From assembly GCF_009914755.1 (NCBI RefSeq), contig NC_060932.1: DNA of 64,000 nucleotides; one strand, 5' to 3'. The stretch comes from the human T2T-CHM13v2.0 reference genome, Homo sapiens. Below the pieces are notes generated by a model, which was given only the letters and a program-made list of their open reading frames with translations, did no database searches and was not told the origin of the DNA. Position numbers and translations under genes: made by a program. Below, one piece after another: positions 1 to 11,665 of the stretch (positions are counted from its first letter, which is position 1; the number at the start of each line of letters is the position of its first letter).

Positions 1-577
1 CCATCAAGGACAGATTTTTTTTAATAAAAGCAGTTTGGGGATGATCTGATCTAAAATATGTTGCCTAGAATGTTCACAATTTACTTTAGAAAACATTAAA
101 GCATTAATGTTTCAGAAAGCTCTAACCAGGTTTTACATTAAAAAAAAAAAAAAAAAAGTCTGACTTACAATTCAAACTCTGGCCTGCAGGAATTTACCAT
201 GGGAGGTCCTGGGGGCACTTCTATGGGAACAGGCAATCAGCTCCCAGCATATCCAGAAAATAAGGGAATCCTCATCACCCTGCCCAGAGCGTCAAGTCAA
301 AGGACAACAACGTGGGTTTGACAAGGGACCCCCAATCAAGTCACAAAAGGGGTCTAAATTTCATACAAGATCTTTGGTCATTCCAGTGTCTTGCTGGGGG
401 TATATTAAAAACAATAGTTAATGATTCTCCCAAGCAGTGGCCTGGAGACCCCAACTTCCTTTGCGATATGGGGATAATTGTATTTTTTCTGCCTTGCTGT
501 ACTGGGGAAGTTGTTGTAGAAAGAAAGTGAGATATCAAATGTAGAAACATTCTATAGATAGATTGACGGACACATAG

Positions 578-800
578 ATGGAACGAAGGGAGACAGGAAG
601 GAAGGAAAGAAGGAACGAAGGGAGACAGGAAGGAAGGAAAGAAGGAAGGAAGGGAGGAAGGAAGGAAGGAAGGAAGAAAGGAAGGAAGGGAGGGAGGAAG
701 GAGGAAGGAAGAAAGGGTACGTGGTTGCATGAATGGATTGATGGATGAATGGGTGGTTGTTTGCATAAATGCATAGATGGATAAATGGATAGATAGACAC
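578..800. repeat. (GAAG)n purine tract followed by degenerate (ATGG)n
   Basis: Visible tetranucleotide arrays; they explain the PSFL/SIHP low-complexity ORFs. Confidence 0.9.
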
Positions 801-2058
801 ACATAATGGAATAAGTGTTATGTGCCAAATATCATTTGAAGGAGGGAAGTAACTAGCTAAAACTTGAGAAAACATGTTCATGATCTCCCAATTTTTTAAA
901 GAAAGTTTCTGGAAGAAATAGGAATTTAAATCGTTTTCAGATGAAGCAACTTTGAGTACTGAGAGGGGCAGATACTGGCAGCACAGGTAGGGGTGTTGCC
1001 AGGGTCTGGATGAATGTAGTCTGTGCCTGTGAGCAGGAGTACATTCAGGATGGTGGGTATGTTTTACCTGTTGAAGGGTGGAGCCATGTATCTAGAATGC
1101 CCCTGTATTATCTGAAAGCTAAGTCAGACAATAGGAACTCTGGAGTCTTCAAAAGAGGTGTCAGACACAATTGAGCTACAAGAGAATTACTTCTGAATAA
1201 GTTTCTAATGCTCAACATACTTTTAATTACTTGTTCCAGACTTTTCTATTCTAAGGAATGTAAACTCCATCAAAACAGGGATGGTGAATTTTCCATTTAT
1301 CCCTAAATCTGCAACACCGAAGGTATCATGCAGAGTGGGAACTCACTCAACATTTTTTAAAGGACTTCACATTTTATTCTTTTGTCAAAGCTTCCAATTC
1401 TTCCTGCTGTCCCTGGACCCCGGACTGACCCAGGGTTCTTTCCTCTTAGATGAAGGCATTCCTGGTAGGATTCTTTCTTTACCGGATTCCTATCTTCCTC
1501 CCTCCCTTGAACCTCTTCCTCAACGCTGGCCTGTTTCAGATGTCCTACTGCTGTTTCTGAATCAATAGCTCTGGATGGATAGCAAGCTCAGGGTTTTTCT
1601 TGCTATTTTTACTTGCTCGCCCTGCACAAGAGAATATCCCCTAGACTGGACCAAGGACAACTCCCGGTCAAGTTTCTCAACAAGAACTATTAAAAGACAC
1701 TTAACCCCTCCACTCATAAAAATGTGAAATATCACTTGGTCTTTACAACTGGGGCTACTGTGGTGGATAATCGCATTTCTGAAGTGAATGGCATAGGTTA
1801 TAATGAGCAATTGGGGAAAAAAAGAAACATTAACCATGATTCATACCACAAATTGAAGGTAGGACAAGTAGTTCTTGAACATCCTGATTAGATTTTAATC
1901 TTGTTTTAGCAGCAGCAGCTCAAGTTAATGTTTGCTCGGTGCAATAACATCATGTGGATTGACACATGGGTAATTATGCTATTTATCTTCTTACGAAACT
2001 CTCTCAACTGGGGAGCTGTGATTATTCAGTGCTTGAGAAGGCTGGGGACAAAAAGTCA

Positions 2059-2352
<294 letters not shown>

Positions 2353-3408
2353 AAAAGGGCAAGAAGTCCTTGACTAATGAGGTTGGTGCGAAGCGGGAAA
2401 TACTTGTTCTACCAGTGGGAAAGGTGGCTTGTTTCTCCAGGCTTTTACACCCAGCACACTCTGCCTCTCCAGCTCTCTGCTCTTCAGACAACCTGGATTA
2501 ATGAATCTCTCCATCTCACATTCATTTTCCATCTCAAAGGAGCCTCCTAATTGGCTTCAGGTCTCTTCCCCTCCACTCCAGCCTCCTAGCTGTTTTTAGA
2601 ATGACCTGCTACCCTGTTTTTATTCTATGTTTAAATCTCTCTCAATTATGTCCTTACTCATTAACTTCTCTTAATCTCTCTCTCATTTACTCATTAGATC
2701 ACTTCCTAACATGTAGTAAGTGACTACTTTTCTAAGACACAAAGCTAATCACATTACTCACTTGCTTAAAAAAACCTTTTACTGGCTTTAACCTATAGAA
2801 TAATAGCCTCATAACAGTCTATCCAAATGCTCCATCATCAGCTGCCATTTACCGTTCAAAAGGTCTTTGCTGTCACACTTCGCAAGAAACCTAAACTCTG
2901 TGCACCTAACCTTCTTTATTTTGTTTGATACGTGAACCAAGGCCCTAATGACTGGCAAGGCCTACAAAGATGGGAAACCCTCACTAGTAAGAGTGACTCA
3001 GAGGAACAGATGACAACCCTTGGGAAAGAGGACAAAAGCAAGACTAGAAAGCTGAAGGAAATGAATTTGCACTCCTAGGTCCTAGATTTGAATATGTATA
3101 TTTGGATATATGTATATCTGAATAGGTACAAGTATAGATATAGATATCTACACAGAGATATATAGATATAGAGAGAGATAGATACATAGATACATATCCA
3201 TCCCTACATCCCTTTCTGCTCTTCTTCCCAGTAAAACCCATTAAGGGAGTTCTTTGTATTAATTTCTCTACACTCTCACTTTTGATGTGTCCCCAGGTGA
3301 CTAAATTAGGCCTCACATCTATCATGACTCTGAAATTTCCTTATTAACTTTATGAGTGGTTTCCTGCTGGTTGAAGTCAAGGACCAATTCTCTGTTCTCC
3401 TACCAAAC

Positions 3409-3961
3409 TGTGATGGTGAATATTGAGTGTCAACTTGATTGGATTGAAGGATGCAAAGTGTTCTTCCTGGGTGTGTCTGTGAGGATGTTGCCAAAGGAGA
3501 TTAACATTTGAGTCAGTGGATTGGGAAAGACAGACCCATCCTCAGATTGGGTAGGCACCATCTAATAAGCTGCCAGAGTGACCAGAATAAAAGCAGGCAT
3601 GAGGACTGTGGAAAGACTAGACTGGCTGGGTCTTCTGGCCTCCATCTTTCTCCTGTGCTGGATACTCCTGCCCTCAAACATCAGACTCCCAGTTCTTCAG
3701 CTTTTGGACTCTTGGACCTACACCAGTGATTTGCCAGGGGCTCTCAGGCCTTTGGTCACAGACTGAAGGTTGCACTGTCAGCTTCCCTGTTTTGGAGGTT
3801 TTGGGACTCAGACTGACTTCCTTGCTCCTCAGCTTGCAGATGGCCTATTGTGGGACTTCACCTTGTGATCACGTGAGTCAATACTCCTTAACAAACTCCC
3901 TTTCATATATACATCTATCCTGTTAGTCCTGTCTGTCTAGAGAACCCCGAATAATAATACA
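3409..3961. mobile_element. MLT2A/B-like ERVL solo LTR
   Basis: Starts tgtgatggtgaatattgagtgtcaacttgattggattgaagg, ends ctagagaacc...aataca, degenerate 5-bp TSD caaac/ctaac. Confidence 0.88.
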
Positions 3962-4210
3962 CTAACCGCTCAGTAATAGTTGACATGTCTGACTCTTCAC
4001 TGCTTTATGAAAAACTCTATTCTATGGGCTTGCTTGACACCAACCAAGCTGGCTTCGGCCTATTTTACTTGAATATTTTTCAAGCTTTTCTTAGATTCTT
4101 CCTCCTCTAGGACCTCTAGGAGTTGCAATGGACTGGGGCTCAGCTCTCTTTTCTGAAGAGTGAATGCATAAGGAGAAGAGATTGTATCCATTGCCAGATG
4201 GTACATGCCC

Positions 4211-4555
4211 TGTCTCTTAGTCCTTTTGGGCTGTTATAACAAACCACCATAGACTGGATGGCTTATATACAACATAAATTCATTTCTTGTAGCTCTGAAG
4301 CCTGGGAAGTTCAAGATAATGGGGCAGGAAGATTTGGTGTCTGGGAAGGGCCATCTCTCACTGTAACCTCATATGGAGGAGGGAGGCAAGGTTGCTCTCT
4401 GGGGCCTCTTTCACCAGGGCACTAAATGCCATTCATGAGGCCTCTATCCTCATGTGCTAATCACCTTCCAGGGGCCTCACCTCCAAATATACTCATGTTG
4501 AGGACTAGGATTCAACATAAGAATTTGCGGGGAACCCCAAATCCAGACCATCACA
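4211..4555. mobile_element. MaLR LTR (MLT1A-like)
   Basis: tcttagtcc..gggctgttataacaaa...catagactggatggcttat...caacataagaatttg. Confidence 0.8.
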
Positions 4556-4886
4556 CCATCTCTATGCTAAAAACTCTGAAATTTACATGGTTAGCTGGGT
4601 CTTCTCTCTGAACTCCAGATATGTATTCCCAATGCTCAGGCCAAAATATAGAAGAACCCCTCTCCTGCCCCACAACATGCATCAGTAATGCTCTTCAGTG
4701 GCATCTCCAAAACCTTCCCCAAATAGCTCATTTTACCACCTGCACAGTCACCACCTTGGTCCCAGTCCTTCCTCCTCACCTGGACTCAGGCAGCCACCTC
4801 CCACCTGGCCCCCACACCTGCCAATTTGCTCCCCTAAATCTGCCAGAGGAATACTTTTGAAAAACTTTTGCTGGTGTTTCATTTTT

Positions 4887-5245
4887 TTCTTAGTCCATTT
4901 GGGCTGCTATAACAAAACATCATAAAGTGGGTGGCTTATGAACAACAGAAATTTATATCTCACAGTTCTGGAGCCTTGGAAGTCCAAGATCAAGGTGCCG
5001 GCAGATGCGGTGTTTGGCAAGGGCCTCTTTCTTTATAAAGGGATCTGTTCTCACTGCATCCTAATATGGAGGAAGGGAAAACAAGCTCCCTTGGGCTTCT
5101 TTTATAAGGGCACTAATCCCATTCATGAGGGCTCCATGCTTATAAGCCAATCACCTCCACAGCTGCCACCTCTTAATATCATCACTTTGGGGTTTTGGAT
5201 TTCAGCATATGAATTGTAGGGGGACACAATTATTTCGACCATGTA
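4887..5245. mobile_element. MaLR LTR (MLT1A-like)
   Basis: tcttagtccatttgggctgctataacaaaa...tctcacagttctggag..aagtccaagatcaaggtgccggcagat. Confidence 0.85.
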
Positions 5246-6349
5246 ATTACTCCTAGAATAAAATCCAAGCCCCTGACTCCATCCCTCACTGGCCTTCCCA
5301 ACCAGTTTCCTCTCTCTTTCTAATCTCAGCTGTCTTTATTTTGCCCCACAGATGCTCTCTTCAGTACCCTTCAAACAAGGCATGATGCTTCCTACCACAG
5401 GAAATTTGCATATACTGTTTCTTTGTTTTAAATCCCCTCTCTTCCCCAACAGACTTGTGCTTGTTAGTTTCTTTCTCAACATCCAAGTTTCAGCTCAAAC
5501 GTAATCTTCTCAAAGATTTTCCCAAACTCCCTAAGACAAGTACTCTATCATAATAACATACTCTGTCTTACTAGTAGCCCTTTTCAATATCTATGTATTG
5601 GCTGTGTGTCTGTGTGTCTTTAAGAGTTATACCGCCTATCTCTGCTAGAATAAAACTTTCTTGAAAGGAGCCATAATTATTTTTTAACTATTGTATCTCT
5701 CATGCCTAGAACAGTGGCCTGTTGTAGAAATAAATTCCTCTCTAGTAAGTTATGGATCATGTGGTTGCTGATAGAGACACAGCCCAAAGGCAGCCCTCCT
5801 GGATGTAACCCACAAAGCCAGTTGAAAAGCTCACAGCTATGTGTTCAATTGCATCCTCCAATACATGAATAAGTGCATCGTCTTTAAGTGCTATCATCAA
5901 GCACCCATACACTGTAAAATAAGGGGGAAAAAACTCCAATAGTAACCTACTGCCTGGAGGGAAAAGACATCCTTGCCTCAGTTTGAGTTCTCTGCTTACT
6001 GCTGTGTGAAAACTGGGTCAGGTCGTTTTTCTTCAACAGGTATCTCCTCTGAGCCTCAGGGTCATCATTTGTAAAATGTGGATAATAAGCTCACCTATCA
6101 GAGACCTTGACTCTAAAGATTATATATTTTTATGTGGTTAAGGCACAGTAGTGGCCATCTCTCACTTTCACTTATCTGAAAAACAAGAGCTTTCTCCCTT
6201 TGATTGTGAACTGGTAGGGTCCAGGGCACTGACCCTGCAAGGAAGACAGGAGCTCCATCCCCTCCTACCAACTCCCCTTTTCCCAGAAGGCCCTTCCAGG
6301 AGAATGTAAGGCGGCAGGAATCAGCAAAGAGTAGGCTTCAAAACAGGCT

Positions 6350-6752
6350 TGTTCTAGTCTGTTTGCACAGCTTTACTAGAATTGCCTGAGTCTGGGATTT
6401 TATAAAGAGCAGAAGTTTATTTCTCACATTTCTGGAGGCTGAGGAGTCTAAGGTCTAGGCTCAGGCAGGTTCTGTGTCTGATGAGGGCTGCTCTCAGCCT
6501 CCAAGATGATGCCTGGTACACTGCATCTTCTGGAGGAAGGAACTCTGTGTCCCCACATGGCAGAAAGTAGAAGGGCAAAAAGGTGACAGCTCTGTCAATC
6601 AAATTCTTTCAAAGGGCACTTAATCCCATTCATAAGGGCAGAGGCCACATAAATCTATAGGCTCCCAAAGGCCACATCTCCTAATACTCTTGCATTGTGG
6701 ATTACATTACAACATGAATTTTAGAGGGTACAAAAACATTCAAACTGTAGCA
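6350..6752. mobile_element. MaLR LTR (MLT1A/MSTD-like)
   Basis: tttatttctcacatttctggaggctgaggagtctaagg...caacatgaattttagaggg...acattcaaactgtagca. Confidence 0.8.
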
Positions 6753-9700
6753 AAGCTTACCGATCTCCTGCCCCAATCTCTCCTCCTAACTTCCACCATC
6801 CACTATGGAAGGAAACTGCTCTTCTGGCATGCCTCTTAGGGAGGAGAAGAGGTGGTTCACTGAGCCCACTTGACCATGGTCCTCCAATACCTGAAGGACT
6901 GCAAGTAAAGGAACAGCTATGCTAGGAAGGCTTCCCGGTCTGCGGAGCCAGTCAGATGAGTGTTAAACACTTGCTCCCGCATGCCTGGGCTTCCTCTTCT
7001 ATAAAATCCACATGTGGCCCTAGCAGGGACAATGGAAAGGACAGGAGGGGCAGTCATTTAATGAATTACTGGTCACACACACCCACGGATGGCAGAGAGG
7101 TGTGCAACACAGACCTTCACATGGAGCTGGAGTCATGTCACCCAGTCCAGAGAGACCACTTGGCTGCTTCAGCTCCTCTCTCCATCTGGGCTGTTAGGTC
7201 CTTTATGCAGCAATAAAGTCTTGTGGTTCTCTTGGGCCTCACTCAGTGCTGAGCAGAAAAACAGTGCTCACTGAATAAGTGCTAATTGACCCACAGAGGG
7301 AAAGAAGAAGTGAGTGACTCCTTCCTGACTTAACTTTTTTTTTTTCTGCTTAAAACCAATCTACACCACCTTAGGGAAATGGCCCAGTTTCTGAAAGGCA
7401 GTGCTGGTAACATAATATTCTTGGAGAGAAGGCAGTGCTTTTCCCAGGTGAGATGACCTCTCTGGACCTGCAGCCAGGAGGCCTGCATTCCATTCCTGCT
7501 CTTCCACTCAGCACGGGCTTCTTCCTAGACATGTCGTTCCACCTCTTCAGTGTCTACAGTGTGGAAAGGTTCATCATAAAATTGGCCTCACTATGTGGTT
7601 GAAGGAGTCTGATAAAACACATTTGTGAAAGATGCTAGCAGAGTATTGGGCATACATAGGAACTCAGAAAAGGTTGGTTGTGGAAGGTTTCAGGCAATCT
7701 AAGGTTATTAGAAAGTGCTGAGGCTTGGAGAGGACTCTCTGGCATGGGCTTTCAGGATAAGCATCCTGGAGGCAGGAGGGAAGGAAGACTGAGAGGGGAA
7801 GACCAGAGAAAGGACACTGGTCCCCCCAAGGTGGGAAATGAGCAAACTCACACTGAGGCAGTGGCTGGGGATGAACGGGGGAGAAGCATGGGAGGGGCTG
7901 AAGCAGTGGAATAAAGAAGTCACCCATCTCAGCACCTGAGAAGTTTCCACATTTCCAAAGGGACCAATATGTCCAGGGATGCTCATTCCCACGTGGACAC
8001 CAGCTGGTTGGTGACAGTGTGGGGCTGGGCGGTGCTTTAAAGCCGGATGAGCTTCAGGGGCTGCAGGGCAGCTGATTGAGCAGAACTTAGAGTGTGAACA
8101 CCTCCAGCCTTGCAGGTCACTTGAATTTTTCATCTCTCTGTCCTCTCTTTGTCACTCAATAATGTAGTCAAATGGTGCCTGGAACTGTTTTCTTCTCTTG
8201 CGGGTTCTGAAGAGCCCTCTGCAATGAATGGTGAGGGCCCAGCTTCCTGGCTTGGGAGGGCAGTGTGATTGAAGGATCTTGAGTAGAGGGCCGAGCTCTG
8301 GCATCAGAACGTGGAGGCAGATCTCCAGCGGCTTCCCAGGGTCTTTCTCCACTCAGACCTGGATGGCTTGGGTGGCTTTGTTCACACGAAAAGGCCAGTC
8401 TGATGCCCAGTCTCACAAGGTGATGTTTTGTGATGGGCCTACTCTGACCTTCAGGGATTAACAATCCACCGGGCAGATAAGAAAGGATTCTGAAAACAGA
8501 GAAGCACAGATCCCAAGCAGGACGAGGGGTACAGCCTGTGTGGGTGTCAGAGCCCCAGCAGGGTGAGCAAGATGTCCACACAGAGGGGCGGGACTGGCCA
8601 AAGAGCTCAGAGTCTGTGCTGGGTAAGGATGCCTGCTTGGAGGTGTCAGAGCCCAGTCAAGGTGAGAAAAACACAGTGTGGAGGCAGAGCCATGCAGAAA
8701 GAGAGGGGAGAGGGCAGCCTGCTCAGGATGACACGGCCTCAGTGGGTGAGAATGACTTCCGGGAAGGGCCACAGGGGTTGGAGGTGGCCTGGGGGGTGTC
8801 AGAGCCTGGATCAGGTCGGGGGTATAACAGCAGTGGCAATGGGAGTGTACAGGGAATTGGTGAAATAAATAAAGATATTAGGACAATGGAGCCCATTTCT
8901 CATTGTTGAAAGACAGAGTTACAAATGTGGAAAGAGAAAACTAGAAGGAACCTGGTGGTTTTTGGCTGGAGTTGGAGGTATTGATTTAAAGCCATTTTCC
9001 ATCTATAGATAGATAAAAAATAAATATAGATGCAATATGGGATCTCAAGGAAGGATTCATCACTTTTTGTTTCATGCTAAAATGAAACAATTCCACTCAC
9101 ATGGATTTCCAGGTGGAACGAGGATTGGAAAGTGACTTCTCTGATTTACTTAACTGGAGCCAGAGCTTGGGGCTATCCTCTTGGTGGGCAGAGACCACTC
9201 ACCCTGGACTCTCCTACACCACCTCTCACACCCTCTGAGCAATCAGAAGCTCTTGTCGTCTCCATCTACTCCAATCCCACCCATAGCCCCTTCCCCACCT
9301 CCCCTCTTCTCTTTGCCAGGCTCCTTGAGTGGGTTTCCATCATCTTCTACTCCTCCTGTCCTCACTGCTGGATGGAGGGGACGGGAAGCCCTTTGGATCT
9401 TGAGGGTGGAGGAATGGAAGCATGAAAGAGCGGTTTAGCTTGAGGACTGGAGATCCAAAGAGCAGTGAGCCCCTATACCCCCTGAGTCCAGCTTACCAGC
9501 AGGCTGCCTGTGCCTTATCTAAGATGGGGCACAGGGGAGGAAAGGCAAGTGACTGATCCTTCCCTGCCTGTTGTTATGTCGCTGAAAGCTACCTGGCCAC
9601 AGGAGGCTCTGGGAACTGTAAGGAAAAGGGGTCATAGAACAGCTCTCTCAGCTCAATGCTAATAATGCAAATGATGATGATAATGGCGATGCTGCTGATA

Positions 9701-11365
9701 ATGCCAGCTTTTTTTTAATACTTCCTACATGTCAGATATTGAAATACCTTTCATAGAATAATTGATTTAAACTTCCCTCCAAACTTATAAAGAAGGCACT
9801 ATTTATGTTCCCATTAAGAGAGGGGGAAATCAACATGTCGAGATGCTTTTGAAACTTGTCCAAAGCATACGCTGGAAAGTGGGAGAGGAGGGCCCATGTC
9901 CTTCCAAGTCAGGAGTCGGACCCTTACTGTAAATGTGCTTTCCGTCTGACTGCATTGGGGCAGCTCCCACAGCAGTGGTAGAGCTGAGTCGACCCTCAGG
10001 ACACGTGGGAGCCAGAGAGTCAGGGCAGAGGGTGCAGTAGTGGCCTGGGAGGATGTCCTGGCCAGAAGGGCAACTTTGCAGGGAATGGTAGGGCACTCAG
10101 AGAACTGAAGATCCTTGAGTGTGTCTATGAAGAAGGACTTGGAGGTGTAATTCATAGAGCTGGGCCTGAAGAGGCGGCTGAGGACGGACCATGAGTGCCT
10201 GTCAGGGCATTCAGAGACCAGATGGCCACAGGCATGGAAGGAGACTCACTGTCTACAGCTTCCAAGTCTTGGCGTAGGCATGCTCAGAAAATGCACAGCA
10301 GGAAACCACGGTATTGCTGTAATCTAAAGTTTGGAGGAACTCACCTCCTTAGGTGGGCATCAGAGGAAAGGTGGCTAAAATCAACCCCAGAGAGGGAGGA
10401 AGCCCCATCTCTGTCACTCAGTCCCATGGGGTATATGTGCAAGATCATCAATTGCTTGAATGTTCCAGACACAGAGAATGTGCCTGTTAATGAGCACCCT
10501 TAAGAGGCTTCCTAACCAGAGGTCCCAGAAAAATGGATGCTAAATGGAGAAAACCCGTGAAAAGCATGCACTCAATCACACAAAGAGCTCCTGTTTTTAC
10601 CAGAGGGCTAAGAAACTCATCTAACGCTGCTAACAGACTATCTTAGACTTAAAAATAAGTCATTAAATGACGAATCGAGTAGCTTCCGGCTAATAAGGAA
10701 TGCATTCTGAATCTCATCTAGTTCTGCAGTGAAGGAATGAGCCATAGGGCAGGCCACGTATGGGGAGTGAAACACTCAGGGCTTCCCTCTCAGGAGAAAA
10801 CCTCCAGCCAGGAAATTCCTCCCACCTGCTGAGTAAGTGGCTGGGCCTCTGCAGCTGAGGCCCCAAGAACCAAAGGCAGGTGAGGCTTGGGCTTCCAGGA
10901 CACAGGAATGAAAACAGGACCACGGAAGCTGAACGATCCATCTGTAGGTTGCCACCTTTCCTTTCCAGGGGTCAGCAGACTAGAAGGTCCAGGGTTTTCT
11001 GAGCACCCTTACAGCTGGCAGCAGTTCAGGGAGGCTTCTCAAGGCCTCCGCACAGGGCCCCAGCTCAGGGTACAGAGACTGCAGGCAGCTGTTAGGGAGG
11101 ATGAGATGCTAGGGCAGCTCCTGAAGGTGGTTGGACCCCAGGTAGAGATGAGTGAGATTGTGCAGGTGGACGCTCTCCCCTGGGAGTCTAGAGAGACTCC
11201 ACTGGGAGCCAGTTCTGTCCCTGGGGCTCAGTCTTAGCTCCTGCAGATGCTTTAGTTGAAGTAGCCCCTGAGGCAGGTATGCTGGGCACCCTCCAGCATA
11301 GGACCTTGGAGAGGAATGGAAGGGGCGCCTTATGAACTGCCTCCCTCTTGCACTAGGGTGTGCCA

Positions 11366-11665
11366 TTTTATTAATAGTATTATTATTTTAAGACAGGGTC
11401 TTGCTCTGTCATCCAGGCTGGAGTGCAGTGGCATGATCATAGCTCACTCACCAGACCTACCTCCTAGACTCAAGTGATCCTCCCACCTCAGCCTCCCTAG
11501 TAGCTGGGACCCACAGCCATGTACCACTAGGCCATTTTGATTTTTTGTAGACATGGGATCTCACTATGTTGCTCAGGCTGGACCAAAACTCCTAGGCTTA
11601 AACAATCCTCTCACTTCAGCCTCCCAAAGTGCTAGGATTACAAGTGTGAGCCACTGAGCCTGGCC
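11366..11665 (-). mobile_element. AluJ
   Basis: agacagggtcttgctctgtcatccaggctggagtgcagtggcatgatcatagctcac... with AluJ diagnostic features. Confidence 0.9.

Larger units (their letters stand above)
2440..5745 (+). mobile_element. Fragmented L2 LINE interrupted by LTR elements
   Basis: L2-like text (e.g. gaccaattctctgttctc...gttgacatgtctgactcttcactgctttatgaaaaactc, ctctctgaactccagatatgtattcc, tgcctagaacagtggcctg) resumes on both sides of the LTRs. Confidence 0.7.

Noticed and set aside
535-881. Hydrophobic PSFL-rich ORFs that resemble membrane proteins
   Set aside because: They are translations of the (GAAG)n tract. Only the part below 501 is considered a candidate relic exon.
3044-3325. ORF with NLVTWGHIKSESVEKLIQR, resembling RPL7/RPL7L1 (YVTWGFPNLKSVRELI)
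   Set aside because: The similarity is short, and the DNA reads as part of the L2 relic on the opposite strand with no further RPL7 sequence nearby, so it is probably chance.
8290-8420. Death-domain-like pattern (LVRLGIRL...V*VEKDPGKP)
   Set aside because: The same stretch aligns better, and colinearly with its neighbours, to the second ZU5 domain.
10345-10374. 30-nt micro-exon candidate (ttttag|...GAG|gtgagt) between the LRR and ZU5 relics
   Set aside because: It is too short to assess, two frames contain stops, and I see no homology.
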